From Entomortierella parvispora E1425 (taxonomy: Eukaryota; Fungi; Mortierellomycota), in contig BQFW01000002.1 of assembly GCA_020891255.1 (NCBI GenBank), forward strand, positions 310,001 to 374,000: a stretch of 64,000 nt of DNA. Reading direction: 5' to 3'. A program made the position numbers and the translations under genes. Numbering within the stretch: position 1 is the stretch's first letter; each line of letters starts with the position of its first letter. The notes under the pieces were generated by a model that saw only the letters and a program-made list of their open reading frames with translations, did no database searches and was not told where the DNA came from. This document shows, piece by piece, positions 48,894 through 62,218 of this stretch.

Positions 48894-49644
48894 ATATGGC
48901 CGTGAGTGAAAGAGAGAACAAAACCAGGGCCACTGACTGGCTCCAACCCTTGGTCAACAATGAATAAAAAAAACAAGATGAGCGCGCAAAAACGTAAAAG
49001 GATCAAAGTCTGCCTCTGTCCAAAGGCAGACCAAAAGAGAGTTGCTGCTCTCTTCCCCAATTGAAAGCGAGTAAGAAGCTGCAAAGAGTTGCGTGCGTTG
49101 GACCCAACCCAATCACCCAATCTTATCCGCCTCTCCTCTTGGTCATCAGAGCTCAACGCCACCACGAACGGCGGCTTAAACACTAACCGGATCACGAATT
49201 CTGCCACGCTGTCAGCTCTGTTCGCAGTCGATGAGTCTGTACGCCGTTTTTGTCAAAAACGCTCTCATCGACCTCTGTCCCTGTTGGAGTGTTCCTGGTT
49301 TGTTTTTTTCCCTTCCTTTTTCCTTTTTCCCTTCACTTTCCTTTCTTTCTCTTCGCCTTTGCTTCTTTGTCTCCACCTCCCTCAATTTCCTCTATCACTG
49401 CAACTTCAGGATCAACATCGTATCCCCTGCACCTGCACCTGCCCCTGCCATCGAACCAAAGCGACAGACACTCCTTCCTTTCTAGATCGAATCAAATTAA
49501 TCCCTTTCCTCCGAAGGAAAAAAAGATCTACCCCCCGCCCCTTTGTACTCTCACTCGTCAGTCTGCATCATACCTTTTCCCTCATATTCTCTCTCTCTCC
49601 CAAGTCCGCCCACCAACAGCCCCTCGACCAAAACACACTCAGCT

Positions 49645-52600
49645 ATGGGGATCTTTCAGAAACCATTGCTGCCTGCAAGATACGACAACGAAGATGTCCA
49701 GATCAGCGCCGAATTTTGCTCAAATATTGCTATCAATGTAGTCGGTCTAGCCAAGGTAAAGAACGAGAATCTCTCCGAAGATGATTCTAGTGCCTTTATT
49801 AGTCGGACTTTGTCCGATTTGACAAAGAGAGTATCTCGAGTGGCCCTCACCATCTGGTAGTCTACCTTTGATTTTCTCCATTTGTCGACTTTTGTTGACA
49901 AGGAAAGCGGGGGAGTGTCTCTGTGAAGTGAGCCTCCATCTGCAGCGTGAAGGTCCATTGCCACCACAACAATGACCCACCCGCCCGATCGATCACCTGT
50001 GGATACACCACAGGACATACCTTATCACCCCTTCTATCCCTCGAGGCCGTCTTCTATCGAGACACATGCACACACCTACAGTTCAACAGACGCACGCGCC
50101 CCTCTTTTCATTAATTTCTGTTCGGACTTTCCTTGGACTTTTTATCCTTCATCAACAAAACAAGAAGAAAGGCCTTTGGAGAAACGGCCCAAGGGAGATT
50201 CAGCTTCGTTCTCTTCTTTCTAGCCCGTTGGTACTTTTTTTTATATCGGGCAATGTCTTTCTTTTTCACGTTGTACCAAGGGCCAAAGACCATTGCTGGT
50301 GGTTGTCTGTTTATTCATTTATTCATTCATTCAAACACTATGTTGTCTGTTTTTGGTCACAATCGGCAAAGAGCTTTTCAAAGCAAGCGATTTTTTTTTG
50401 GGACATCATCACCGTTCCACACTTTCACAACACGCACATACACAAACACCTCACTCTAGGTGAGAGCATGTAAACAGACCGTCGCGAACTCTCTGCAGGG
50501 ACAGAAAAGAAGTTCTACGATGGAACCGCCTGTTTTTTACGCCCATTCCCATCGTCAGTTATTCTCCTTCATCAAAATGTTTCCCTGATTGGGTTTCGTT
50601 CTTGTTGTCATTGTTGTTGTTGTATCTGCACGCCGTCAGCCGTGCTTAGTGGAGAGGGTACATGTCATTCGTCTCTGCTCCTTCAGACTTAGGCTGGACC
50701 TAATTTTCACACATCTGCGCCGAAGGATGCACCTGTTTTTTGTCTTCTGGAGATTCTTTCTGCTCAATCAGCACATTTGAGGAATTCATTTTTTTTAGGG
50801 TTCCTTCAATCGCTTCTTGGGGGGCGGGTTTACGGAAAGTTGAACCCTGAGCCTGAAGTCAACTGACTTTTCTTATTCCTCTAAAGAGATGGAAGGAGAA
50901 GGTACCTGCACCCGTACCTTCAATCTCAACCTTCTTTTTTTTTTCCCTGATTCATTTTCTACCCTGATACCCTCTTGGTTCTTGATCAAAGTGGATGTCG
51001 CCTTCACCCCGTGTTCTGTATTTTTTTTTCCCAGCAGGGTGTGATTCGTTCGTTTGTTCCTAGTTTATCCTTGTTTGTTTTCTGGATAATGCCTGGGAAC
51101 GGTCGAGGAGCAGGAGCGACTGGGCCATACCCGTGATCTGTTGATGTCTTGCGCAAAATCACAAAAACAAAAAAAGGCAGTAATGGAGAGCCCTCTGAAA
51201 GAGTGATGTGATGTGAAAAACGAGAGGTCAGTGAGTGGTATGTTTGAGAGGGGTGGAGTGCTTCTGGATAAAACATTCCTCTCGACATCGATCGTGCTTT
51301 TGTGTGACGCTCAACATCGACTTGGACGCTAAGCACCCACCCAGGATGCAGATGTGAGCTTCACCCACGAGAGAAAAGAGAGAAAAAGAGAAGAGTGAAG
51401 GAAGAGAGAAGGAGGGGAGCAGGGGGTAAGGAGAGCCTGGACCGAGGAAAGTCGTGGATGAACTGGGCTTTTTTTTTCCGGCGGTCAATTTGATTCCCTT
51501 GGACGCCCTTTGGTTCTTGCAGGGTTCTTTTTTTTTTTTTTTTTTTTTTTTTGGGACAACTCATGAGCAGCTGATTGTGCACGCCAAGGTCCCCCCCTCC
51601 TTTGGAGAGCATCGAGGTTCCATGAACAACACCATCGCCTCGAGAAAAGGGGGGGGGGGGGGTGTATAGGATAAGGACAAAGATGGGCGAAGGAAAATTG
51701 AGAATCACTTTAGCCAGAATGTTTGGTGACACATCATCCCCACACAACGTACGCCCGCATCTGCATCAGAGTCCAGCACCTTCATGTTTTCCATTTCTGT
51801 TTCTTCCCCTTGTCTTGGTTCCTTTCGTTCCCACCTCGCCCGTCTTGGGAGGGCGCAGGCAAGAGATGGTTCCTTGTTTGTCGCACAAAGAATCGATGCT
51901 CTGGATTAACACAGGAAAAAAACCAAGGATCCTCTTTCTTTGTATCCTGCTCTCACTTCCGACTCGGATCAACAACGACCTCAGCAAACCACACAGCGCG
52001 CTCGATTGAGCGCTATCAGATGCTGTTTAGTGTTGTTTTTGCTGCTGCTGTTGTTGTTGTTGCTGGGAGAGCTGAACTGTGCCTTTTGTAGCACGAAGGA
52101 AGCAGGAGCGGAATGCTTTTACGATGGGGCTATTGTTCGGCCCAGGGGTGTTATTTCTTCCCATCCATCCCTTCTAGATTGTGTTCACCATTAAGATAGA
52201 GCAATCATCTGGGCAATCCAGGATACCCAAAAAAACGTGATATCTAACCCTTTGCACTGTTCCTCATTGCTTTGTAGGGTGAGATCACGATATTGAGCGG
52301 GAATGAAGACATGATCCAAATCAAGACCAGTGTCCAAGCACGGGAATCAATTCTCAAGAATGCAGCTGCTCTAGAACCTTTCCAGGACGGAGACCAATAC
52401 TCCTATACGATCCATACACCCATGGAAGAAAAATTGGAAAAGGCTGTGACCTTTCAAGTGTTTATCACCATTCCTCGGAATCTGGACGCGCTGGAGTCGT
52501 TCACGATCCATGGGACAAACGTCGAATTGGCGATCGGAAACATCAACCATACGTTTATCAGGACTTTGGACATTCAGATTGGACGTGGCGAAATCTCTAT

Positions 52601-53643
52601 CGATGTAAGTGAAAAAAAAAAAAGATCTGGAAGTAATGACGCGTCGAGAGTGAGGTGTCCGCGGCTAATGCTTGGATTTTCTATAGAGCTTCTATGGCGA
52701 AACTGCAACTGTCTGCAACACCATCACAGGCTCAATCCAGGGCAAATACAGTGTAGCTCGTCTGATTGCGCAAGCCAAGTCAGGCCGTATCAAATCCACC
52801 GTCCACCTGCTCAACACGGACGATCAACTCCCTCCCCCCAAAGTCATTGTCGTGGCACAAAACAACCGGGTGGATTTGAACGTGGACGGATCCGATCTTT
52901 TTGGCCCCTTTACAGTAGAATCCAAGACCCAAACTGCACCGTTGGATGTCAAGATTCTGTTGGCGAGCGTGGACCAGCGTCTGTTGGGCAACTTTATCAA
53001 TTTCGGAGGACCTGTGCGAGTCAGGATGTCGGGCAATTACCAGGGACGGATCGAGACGAGGACACATTATGGAAAGATTTATTTGGATGAACCCGAGTTT
53101 GTGAGGTTGGAGGGAGCCATGTTGACGATGCCTTCGGCCAGCGACCGAAACGCGTGTGCCTTGATGGCGGATTCACATAGCCAGAGTTCACAACATTCCG
53201 GTATCATCCCGTCTCGCTCTTCGTCCAATGGAACGACCATGTCCTGGGGCGAGGATCATCACCCACACCATCACAGCAACAGCAATGGCAACAGTCAACA
53301 TATTCTTCAAAAGAATGGAAACCAACAACATGTATACCATCAACCGCCACCGCAGCAGCATCAGTTGAGTCAGAGCACGACCTCGAATGGGTCTGGGCCC
53401 AACTCGAGGCCAGAGTCGACCAATGGCTCGTTCTCAGAGAGTCGATCGATTGGCGGTACGGCCCGTTCGACCCATGGGTCGTCTCCCAGTGCCAAGGAGA
53501 CCTCCAAGAGAGAGAAGCAACGCAGGCGAGAAGAGGAAAAGGAGTCGAGTATCACCAGGGAACTGATTGGCATGGTTGGCCAGGGCCCTGGCTTGGTGAT
53601 GATCAAGAACAGCAGTGGCGACATCCACGTCGAGCTAATCTAG
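49645..53643 (+). CDS. DUF4097/putative-adhesin-like beta-strand-repeat protein; 5' exon uncertain
   Basis: Exons 52278-52604 and 52687-53643 are well supported (GT-AG, in frame, beta-strand repeats such as GEITIL, GEISID, GSIQG, GRIKS, GKIYL). Proposed exon 1 49645-49755 (AAG|GTAAAG) joins in frame over a 2522-nt intron. Family assignment is by pattern only. Confidence 0.55.
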
Positions 53644-53979
53644 CGTGTTGCTCTTGACAACTCTTATTTCTTTCGGGAAGTTGCTCTGCCCTTTCTTGAA
53701 CGACTCTCCATCCCATTCACTGTCCATTCATAACCTGTGGCAGACAGACAGACAACCAGGCACATACATCAACAAGTAGAGCATATCCCCCACACGATAC
53801 ATTCATAATAAGTAATACAACTCTCATCGACTTTTTTGCCCAAAGAACAAAAAAAAGAACAAAATAATTGGTGGCGGTGGCTTTTCTGTCCCTAGAAAAG
53901 CCCTTCTGTGGCAACGCAGGCGTTCTTTCATTCACTTCATTCGTCCTTTGACTCCAATGTTCCTTGACTACCCAGACCA

Positions 53980-56759
53980 ATGACCACCCCGGCCTCGCGT
54001 AACAACACGCCTGAGGTGCTTCGGAAACGCAAATGCTTCCTACACATTGACCTTGGTAACGCTTCGCATGCCATGGAAAACGACTCTCATTTTGCCGGCC
54101 GGAATGTTGGTTTGCCCGTCATTGCCACCAAATTTGATTTCACTGACCGGCTCCGACCTTTCCTTTTTTTTTTTGTAATTGGATGTGCATCCATGTAGAT
54201 TGCTTCTTTGCGCAAGTAGGCAAGTACCTGCAGGATATCCTGGAGGAAAATTGTGTCTCAAGGAATTTTCGTTTTATGCTTACCGTGTTTATCTCTGGAC
54301 TATTTTTTTTTTGCTTCCCTAGAATCCGTTCGATTAGGATTGCCACCAGAGGTGCCCCTGGTCTCTCAACAATGGAACGCCATCATCGCCGTCAACTACG
54401 CGGCCCGCAAATTCGGGATCACTCGACTCCACCATAACGTTTTTGATGCGAAACAGCTCTGTCCCGAAGTCGTCTGTGCTCACGTGGCAACCTTGGGCCC
54501 AGGCGATTCTCAACCGGATTATTACCCTTCCCCTTCTCGGTATACGCACAAAGTCTCTCTGGACCCGTACAGGAAGGCTTCAGCTCGAATCTTTACCGTC
54601 TTTTCGAAGTTCTGTCCCAAATATCAAAAGGGAGGACTGGATGAGATCTTTATGGACGTGACCGATATCGTGAATCAGAGGATCATGGAGGAGTATGGTC
54701 AGGATTTGTCGAAATGGGACCGACATTCAGCAGAGCCGATCAATTGGGCGAGGGATTACCCTCATGCGGGATATATTTTTGGGACGCCCAAGGAAGGCGA
54801 AGCAGCGACTACGTCTGCGCCAGCAGGACAGGACAGTGATGACGAAGACGAGGATGAAGATGGAAATCGTACGTTGGGCGCAGACGAGTTTGTGGAAGAG
54901 GATCTAGAGGGCGTACCTTTTGGCGATGAACTCAACGAGGAAGCAGAGGCGGGTGATGCGGAGGTTGCGAACCATGGTCACGAAACGCCAAAGAAAACAG
55001 AGGCGGAGGAGGAGGATGAATTTGATCTGGACCTGGAATATTTGATCAACAGTGAGTTTGATACTTCCTTTTCGCAACAAGGGAACGTGTCTACTGCGAC
55101 ACACACATCAGCCAATATCGGCAGCACAGGGCAGCAGCAACCAAAACAGCAACCACAACAACGGCCACCTTTGCCACGAGATACCCAGACAGGAAATGCA
55201 GACTCAGAATCAGCACCAATGGAAAAGACTGAAGAGGAACTGCGGATAGAAAAGGAAGCCGAGGCAGAGCGGTTACGGATAGAGCTAGAAGAGTTACGAC
55301 CGTTTTATGGAATTCCAGAGGATACATTCGAAGAGCAATTTTGGGGCGAGATGCAGATGCTCAAGGCAGCCGAGCTTTGCAATGAAGTCCGACAGGCTGT
55401 CAAAGATGAGCTTGGGTATACCTGTTCTGCCGGCATCTCGAGTAACAAGCTGCTGGCAAAACTTGGATCGGGCATGAACAAGCCATTCGCACAGGTACGG
55501 GAAAAAAGACCTTTGCACTGGACATCTGGAAATTTGATCTGGAAAGGTCTTTTCCTAATTAATTCTTGTAATTTTTTTTTCTTGATATCTAGACTATCAT
55601 TCTCCCACGGTATATTCCAAACTTACTCCATGGTATCAAGCTGTCCAAGATCCGCAACCTTGGAGGCAAATTTGGAAGTCAGGTTAAGGCTGATTACAAC
55701 ATCCAGCGGGCCTCTCAGCTCTGGCCCATCCCTTTGCGAACCCTCCAGGATCGTTATGGTCACCAAGCGGGTCTAGAACTCTGGCAATGGAGTCGAGGCA
55801 TTGACCACGTCGGGATCCGGAAAATCAAATCCAAATCCATGTGCTCTCACAAGTCCTTTATTCCGGCTCTGAGCGATATGGAAGAAATTCAGTTTTGGAT
55901 CTCATCAACATGTCTCGAATTGGTGTCTAGGATGGAGGCTGAGTACGAAGAGACGGAACGATGGCCGCGGACCATCTCGCTGGGATTTTATGGTGGCAAA
56001 AAGGCAGCCCAGGATCAACAAGATTCTGAAAGGACCTCGAGCTTCCGTGCGCCCCATAAAGGATCAAGGTCAATGCCACTGGGAAGTCGATTCGAGTATG
56101 GGGGCGTTGAAGGGATGGCCAGAAAGATGTATGCGACCGTGGAAAAGTTGATCAAAGAGTCCGAGACTAGTGGAGGAAGACCCATCCTGCCCTTGATATT
56201 GTTGACAGTGACGGTATCCAATTTTGCCGGTGGAAAAGGATCTGCATTGGGAGACATCACCAAGTTCTTTTCCAAGGCGACTCCAGCACCGTTGCCCACT
56301 GAACAAATACTAAAATCGGTGGAGGAGCCAATTCGTCCCGCGCCTGACACGAAGGACACGGATCAGAAGAGCCAGCAAAAGGCCGCGGCCTTGCAGAAGC
56401 GGAAGCGTTTCTTTAATCTGGAGTCGTTTCCTGTGCAAGCAGCCACCACCGCTCAACATCCCCCTCGCTCTCCAATCCATCCAATACAGAGCCACAGGAC
56501 GATCAGTGCGGAGTCTTTGACTGCAAGTACACCCCCGGCCGCGGCAGGCTCCCCCAAATCGCCGCCACCTGCTCAACTGGATGATGGTCACCAACCTCCA
56601 GACCTGACGCCACACCACGCCCCTCCCACTCTGTTGTGCGATCAGTGCTCGGGTGGACCTCGGCCAATCCCTGTTGAAGAGTGGGAACAGCACCAAGATT
56701 TCCATTTCGCATTGAAACTTCAACAGGAGGATCGCCAGGAGCAGCAATTGGCGCGCCAA

Positions 56760-56796
<37 letters not shown>

Positions 56797-56966
56797 CGAA
56801 CGCCTCAGCGGCGGTGACAAGCTCTTCAGGCAGCCATGGGTCCAAGCGGAATGCAGCATCCTCTGCCTCCGTATCCTCGTCATCCAACAACGGAAAGCGC
56901 AAGAAGCAGGCGACAGCCGCATCTTCTACTCCATTGCTCTCCAAGTTTTTCAAGCCAAGCTCCTAG
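53980..56966 (+). CDS. RAD30: DNA polymerase eta (Y-family), 4 exons
   Basis: Exons 53980-54055, 54199-54219, 54323-55494, 55593-56966. HIDLDCFFAQVE, IIAVNYAAR, GLDEIFMD, GYTCSAGIS.NKLLAKL, UBZ finger CDQC...HQDFH, NLS KRKK, C-terminal PIP-like LLSKFF. Confidence 0.95.
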
Positions 56967-57419
56967 TTCCAAGGGCTGTTTGTTGTTCTGATGGGGGCAA
57001 AGGGAGATCGTTTGGTGCATTTTCATACCCGCTCTTGTTTGTTTTTCATCTCCCAGCCATCCTCTTTTCATTTCCCATGCATGCAGCATCTGTGTTATTA
57101 AACTAAACTGTATTTTACCCTTTTTTTTTATTCATTTTCAATCAGTGTGTTGTTGTTGTTGCTGTTGTTGTCGTCGGTTTTAAGGTTGTGGGTGTGCATG
57201 CGTGAAAGGGCTACTCCGCCATGCCTGTCCCCACATGGGCAAGCATTGCATTGGGCGGGGTAGAAAAGCCGTCCGATTCAAATATCCGGTCCGCTCCATT
57301 GCGCAAATTGACAGAGAAGAGAGGAGGCTGGTGGAAAAGGAAGAGAGATGAACACGGGAGAAAAGGAAGGCGGAACAGGGGGGAGGAAGTGCAACGACGA
57401 GGAGCGAGGAACGAGGATG

Positions 57420-59055
57420 CTACTGGATCAAGCAGATATCCTTCTTTTCTTCCGGTACAGCCTGGGTTGACTTTTCAATCTCGACCATCATCAACTCAAA
57501 TGCATGCTCTAAAAAGATGCATGGTCAACCACGAAAGATTAATATTAAAAAAAAAACCACACCAGATCCAATGGATTGGATGGCCGCTCTCGCCCAACCA
57601 AGGGCGGGGGACCAAACAATGCTCATCTTCCTAGCCTTTCCATGGTTGAACAGGGTTTCTACTCTTACCAATGTTGTTGATGTTGTTGCCCAACTTGGCC
57701 GAGGTCTCACAGGAAAGACATTTCCAGTAAGCGGCCAGATCCTCGCCTTCCTTCTTGGAAACTTGTCGCTGACTCTGCAGATCCGTCTTGTTTCCGACAA
57801 TGACGATCGGGACCCAATCGGTTCCGGTGAAATTCAAGATCTTGTCCCGGATCACCGAGATCATATCAAAGCTTTGTTTGCTCGTCACCGAATACACGAG
57901 CACATACCCATGCACGTCCAGTGCATAGCGGCCGTTAAAGATCGAGAACTCGTCCTTTCATATCATAGAAGAAGAATATCAAAAGTCAAACATTGAGTCG
58001 CAATGTTTTTTTCGCCTTTTTTTTTTTTTCTGTTCTCTCTTTCTCTCTGCAGAAGCAGGCTGAGAACAAAAGAATCAAAAAAAAAAAAAAAAAAAAAAAA
58101 GGCAATTGCATCTCTTTGACCCATTTTTTTTTTACCTGTCCGGCGGTATCCATGATCTGAATCTCATACTCTTGACCACGGAAGGTCAGAAGTTTTGAAA
58201 TGGTTCGCGAGATGGTGGGGAAGTACGAGTCATCAAACACATCGTCGACATATCGGGTGATCATGGACGATTTGCCTAAAGGGCGTCGTTCGCCGCAACA
58301 CACGCACACACACACAAAAAAAAAGGCAAAAAAAAAAAAAAATGGAAAAGAGATATTCGGGTTTAAGTATCTATCCCATGGGCATTGCATCGACAACATG
58401 ACAAAACTCTAGTTTCTCGATGGAAGGACACCGAGGGAGAGACAGAGGAGATGAAAGATGGAAATAGATTGTCCTTCTCCTCGTCATCCCCTCTTTTTTT
58501 TTGTTGTATTGCATGTTGTATTGCATGTTGTATTGCATGCAAGAGAACCCCTTCCTCTCTGCCACTTTACAATCGCTCGCCCCCCACCTCACTCTTCTCA
58601 CTTCCCCGCCACACTCCCCCTTTTTTTCTATCCATGCTCAATGAAATGAAATGACGAAAAGTACATGATATCAGTTTTGTCCGCACAGCAGAACCTCCAA
58701 CAGTCGGCCTATCACTAGACAGAGCTATGCCTGATAGGGAGAAAAATAAAAAAAGGACTATGCACAAGATGTAGGGAACCATCAAAAGCCCGAGAGATGT
58801 GATATCTTTTTTGGATTGCGCGTGCGAAGGGTCTTTCGGGGTCAAAACGTCTGTCACAGCCAAACCGAGACTTTGAACTGTCTTTGGTTTTTAATTCTGA
58901 CCCCTGTACGGTCCATCACGAGTGGGAAAAGGGTAAAGACGCGGCAGAGACAGAACAAAGTCCTTACCAACAGCACGAGCTCCGAGAAGAACGATACGAC
59001 GCACCCGCGTTGTGGGAGAAGAGGCGACCTGGACGGGTACGGCTGCTGGACTCAT
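57420..59055 (-). CDS. RHEB: Rheb-family small GTPase with CAAX (CLIQ), 4 exons
   Basis: Exons 59055-58968, 58275-58136, 57954-57669, 57508-57420. P-loop GARAVGKS carries the Rheb-typical Arg; DTAGQDE, HGYVLVYSV, IRDKILN, VPIVIVGNKTDL, ETSAK; ends KKDICLIQ-stop. Confidence 0.9.
58504..58539. repeat. 12-bp tandem repeat TTGTATTGCATG x3 in Rheb intron 1
   Basis: Three perfect units at 58504, 58516 and 58528. Confidence 0.9.
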
Positions 59056-59958
59056 TTTGGAGGACTGCGAGTGTGTTGAGTGTGTGGTACAAAAGGGTGG
59101 AGCGAGGGGTCTGAGCACGGGTGCTGGAGGGAGAAAAAACAGGTTCCGCGGAAAGAGGGGGAGCAGAAGTGCGGAGGAGATTGACAAAGAGGAACGGTGC
59201 GATAAGACAAGGCTAGGAGGAAAAGGAAGTTGACAGAGAGAGAAAGGGAAACGAAGCGAAAACAAGAGTCGGCCCATGGGTTTTAAACATGCCGCGCACA
59301 CATGAGCCATCCATGGAAACGCACATGCACCAAGGGAAAAAGAAGCCGAAGAAGTAAAAATAATAAAAAAAAGGTGTGCCCAAACAGAGGCGAACACACA
59401 CACTTTCTCCATGGGAACCAAAAACGGGCAACAAACCCGCAGTTATCGGCACCGCACAGTCGCCGTCCTCATCCTTCTTCCTGCTCTCTCTCCTCTCTGC
59501 CTTGACTGACCCCTATTGATAAGCCTGTGCCCCGTCTTCTCTTCGCCAATCATAAAGGTGTCGACCTCGCCTCCACCCCACAGCTCAGAGCCGCTATGCC
59601 AAGCACAGACTCGGTGACTCGTGCGGCCAGTCGACAACAACAGATGTAAAATAAAAATCGACTCCTTGCTCCTGTCGTTCCCATCGCCGCCTCCGTGGTT
59701 ACAACGTGGTCGTTCCCATTGTCGTCGCTTTTCAACGTAGTTGTTTCAATGACCCTGCCATTGACATTGTCGCGATAGACATGTCTGGCATGTGAAAAAC
59801 CAGCCGCGTATCAAACAAATCGATTATCTTGTTAGAATGTTTAATCAACGGGCAATTGCTGATATCGCGGATCTACGGCAGTTTGTTGATCCAAGTTTCT
59901 TTCCCCAACTCCAAAACTTTTGTCTTCTTTTTGGTGGTCGTCCTAAATGACTTCAGCA

Positions 59959-60673
59959 TTAATGAATCCTGTCCAATGCCTCCAACACCACCACGCTGTT
60001 TCCTCGGAGAACCTAAAGAGAGAAGAGAAAAAAAAGAGGATGCAACTGGTTAGAGAGCACAAACCACAGATGCACATTCTTTGGAGAAAAGATAGAGAGC
60101 GCAGTGGGGTTCTCTTCCAGTTCAAGAAAACGATCCCAAAAGGACTATCGATCACATAGAGAATCTATCCATACCACCATGCCGATCTGCTTCTTCTCTG
60201 TTGGGCTAACTTCCTCCACAGCCTCGTCCAAGACCAAGTTCATGAAGGGATCGAAACCGCGGAGAACACCAGTGACCTTGCGGGCTCCGTTCAACTGGAC
60301 AAAGACGTGCTTGTCCATGTATCTAAAACGATGACCAAAATGGTGGCAAAGCACATAAACAAGTCAGAAAGCCGTTCTGATGTTGTGTCTTCTTTTCCAA
60401 ATTCGCGTGGGTTGCATTCCAGTGGGACAGTAGGTCCTGTTCTTTGACTCTTTGTGTCTATTGCATGCTGTCCATTCGCTTCGATGGTCTAGCTCAGTTT
60501 GCTGAAATCGCCGCTTTAGCCTTTTGTTGTGATTTTGATCCTGCTCGTCCACTTGTTCAGTCTCGAATGGATCCTGTATGACAAGTTCGACAAGAGTTCC
60601 TGTCTCGTGGTCTGGAGAGTGATGGCAATGCTATTTACTTCTTGAGCTCTGGTGTGGCTGCTTTTGCGGACAT
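59959..60673 (-). CDS. SNRPG: Small nuclear ribonucleoprotein G (SmG), 3 exons
   Basis: Exons 60673-60639, 60322-60175, 60012-59959 give [45 protein letters not shown]...IGMVVLRGNSVVVLEALDRIH. Confidence 0.95.
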
Positions 60674-60923
60674 GGCTGTAGGATATATATGTAATGAGTG
60701 AAGGAGAGGAGGCAGAGAGCAAGAAGAAGGAATGCAGACAGACAACCAAAAAAAGAAAGCCAAAAAAAACGTGACGTAGATCTGATCTTAATCGGTGGCA
60801 ACATGAATGCGAGACAGCGAACCCACCAGGTCCCGTCTCCGAAGGGGAATGGAACAAAAAGGGCTCCCCTGATTACAATTCCTTCTTCATTCACTCCCGG
60901 CATCAGCAGGAAATACCCAATCA
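60674..60923. promoter_or_regulatory. Compact bidirectional promoter region shared by SmG and TIM21
   Basis: Only 250 bp separate the divergent start codons. Confidence 0.55.
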
Positions 60924-62218
60924 ATGTCATTCATTCACCACACCGGACTCCGCGCCGCCCGCGCTATCACCCCCAGGAACCTTCTCCAGGCTGGTCTCCG
61001 TCAGCAGGCACCCCGCCCTGCTGCCTGGACCAGGACCTCGATCCGCACCATGGCCACGGAGCAGCCCAAGCACACGGGACAGCAGCGTCCCCTCGGAGCC
61101 TTGGCTCAGCGCACCGAACAAAAGACCTGGAAGGAGATGACCACGCCCGAGAAGGGTGAGATACGCGTTCAAAAACGAATGATTGAGAATGCTCGGGTAC
61201 CAGTCGTCGTAGAGCATCGGAACTTACTTCCCTACCCGTTTTACCTGTTTCTTTTTATCCTAGTCGTCACCGCCACAAAGACCACCACCAACTACACCGT
61301 CATTGCTGCAGGAGTTGTCCTTGTTAGTACGTGCACAACTGGATGAACTGGACGATCGTTTTTGCTATAATGTTTATCTCACGGATACTTGAGGAATTCA
61401 ATTCTGGAACCGAGGTCATCCTTTTTTTCTCACTCTGGATACCTGCATGGACCCACCCGATTCATTTGTCGCTTGTACTAGGTGCCATTGGATACGCTAT
61501 CATCTCGGAGCTCTTTGGATCCAACAGTGACACTCACATCTTTGGTGATGCCTTGGAACGCGTCAGGAACAACGAGAAGGTATTGTGAGAGAGCATGGGA
61601 TCTGGAGGACGAGGATCAGAGGTCTAGTGTGTTGAAAAAGCGCAACCATTACGTCTGCAGTTTCTCAATGCAACCCACCTGTTTTATTTTATTGGCTGTT
61701 CTATAGCTCAAGGATATCATTGGATCTCCCATGATGGGCCACGGTGAGGCTTCTTCAAGCAAGAGACGCAGAAACCGTCGTATTCAGTATGTTGTCTCTC
61801 TTTATCTCTTTCTGGAAAATGAGCCATATCCTCAATTGGTTCAATGGACTGACCTTTCTTTATTTTCTTTGACCCCCCCCCCCAACTCTTCAGCTCGCAG
61901 GTCATTTTGGATGGCGAAGGAAAGGAGCATCTGTTGATGCGATTCTATGTTGAGGGACCTGACAACGAAGGAACAGCTCATTTGGAGATGGTCAAGGATC
62001 AGAACAACAAGTGGGAGTACAAGTACCTCTTTGTCGACATCCCAGGTACGTACAAAAAAAAATAGAGGAAAAAAACCGGATTCTACTTTGACAATTGGGC
62101 TTTTTTTGTATTTTGTCCTCATTCTTTCCATTCCATTGTAGGTGGCGTCAGGGCTGCAGAGCGCGTCTTTGTAGAGTACAACAAATATGCTGGACAACCC
62201 GTGATCGAAGACAAGTGA
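60924..62218 (+). CDS. TIM21: Mitochondrial import inner membrane translocase subunit Tim21, 6 exons
   Basis: Exons 60924-61155, 61264-61326, 61482-61579, 61707-61786, 61894-62045, 62142-62218. R/A-rich presequence, TM segment, ELFGSNS...FGDALERV, GHGE...RRNRRI, HLLMRFYVEGP, WEYKYLFVDIP. Confidence 0.9.

Noticed and set aside
51070-51100. CTGGATAATGCC, similar to the 3' part of a TPP riboswitch
   Set aside because: The upstream CTGAGA and GAACCTGATC elements are absent, and no thiamine gene is nearby.
57420-57450. Apparent frameshift removing the Rheb CAAX
   Set aside because: My misreading; a careful reverse complement gives EEKKDICLIQ-stop in frame.
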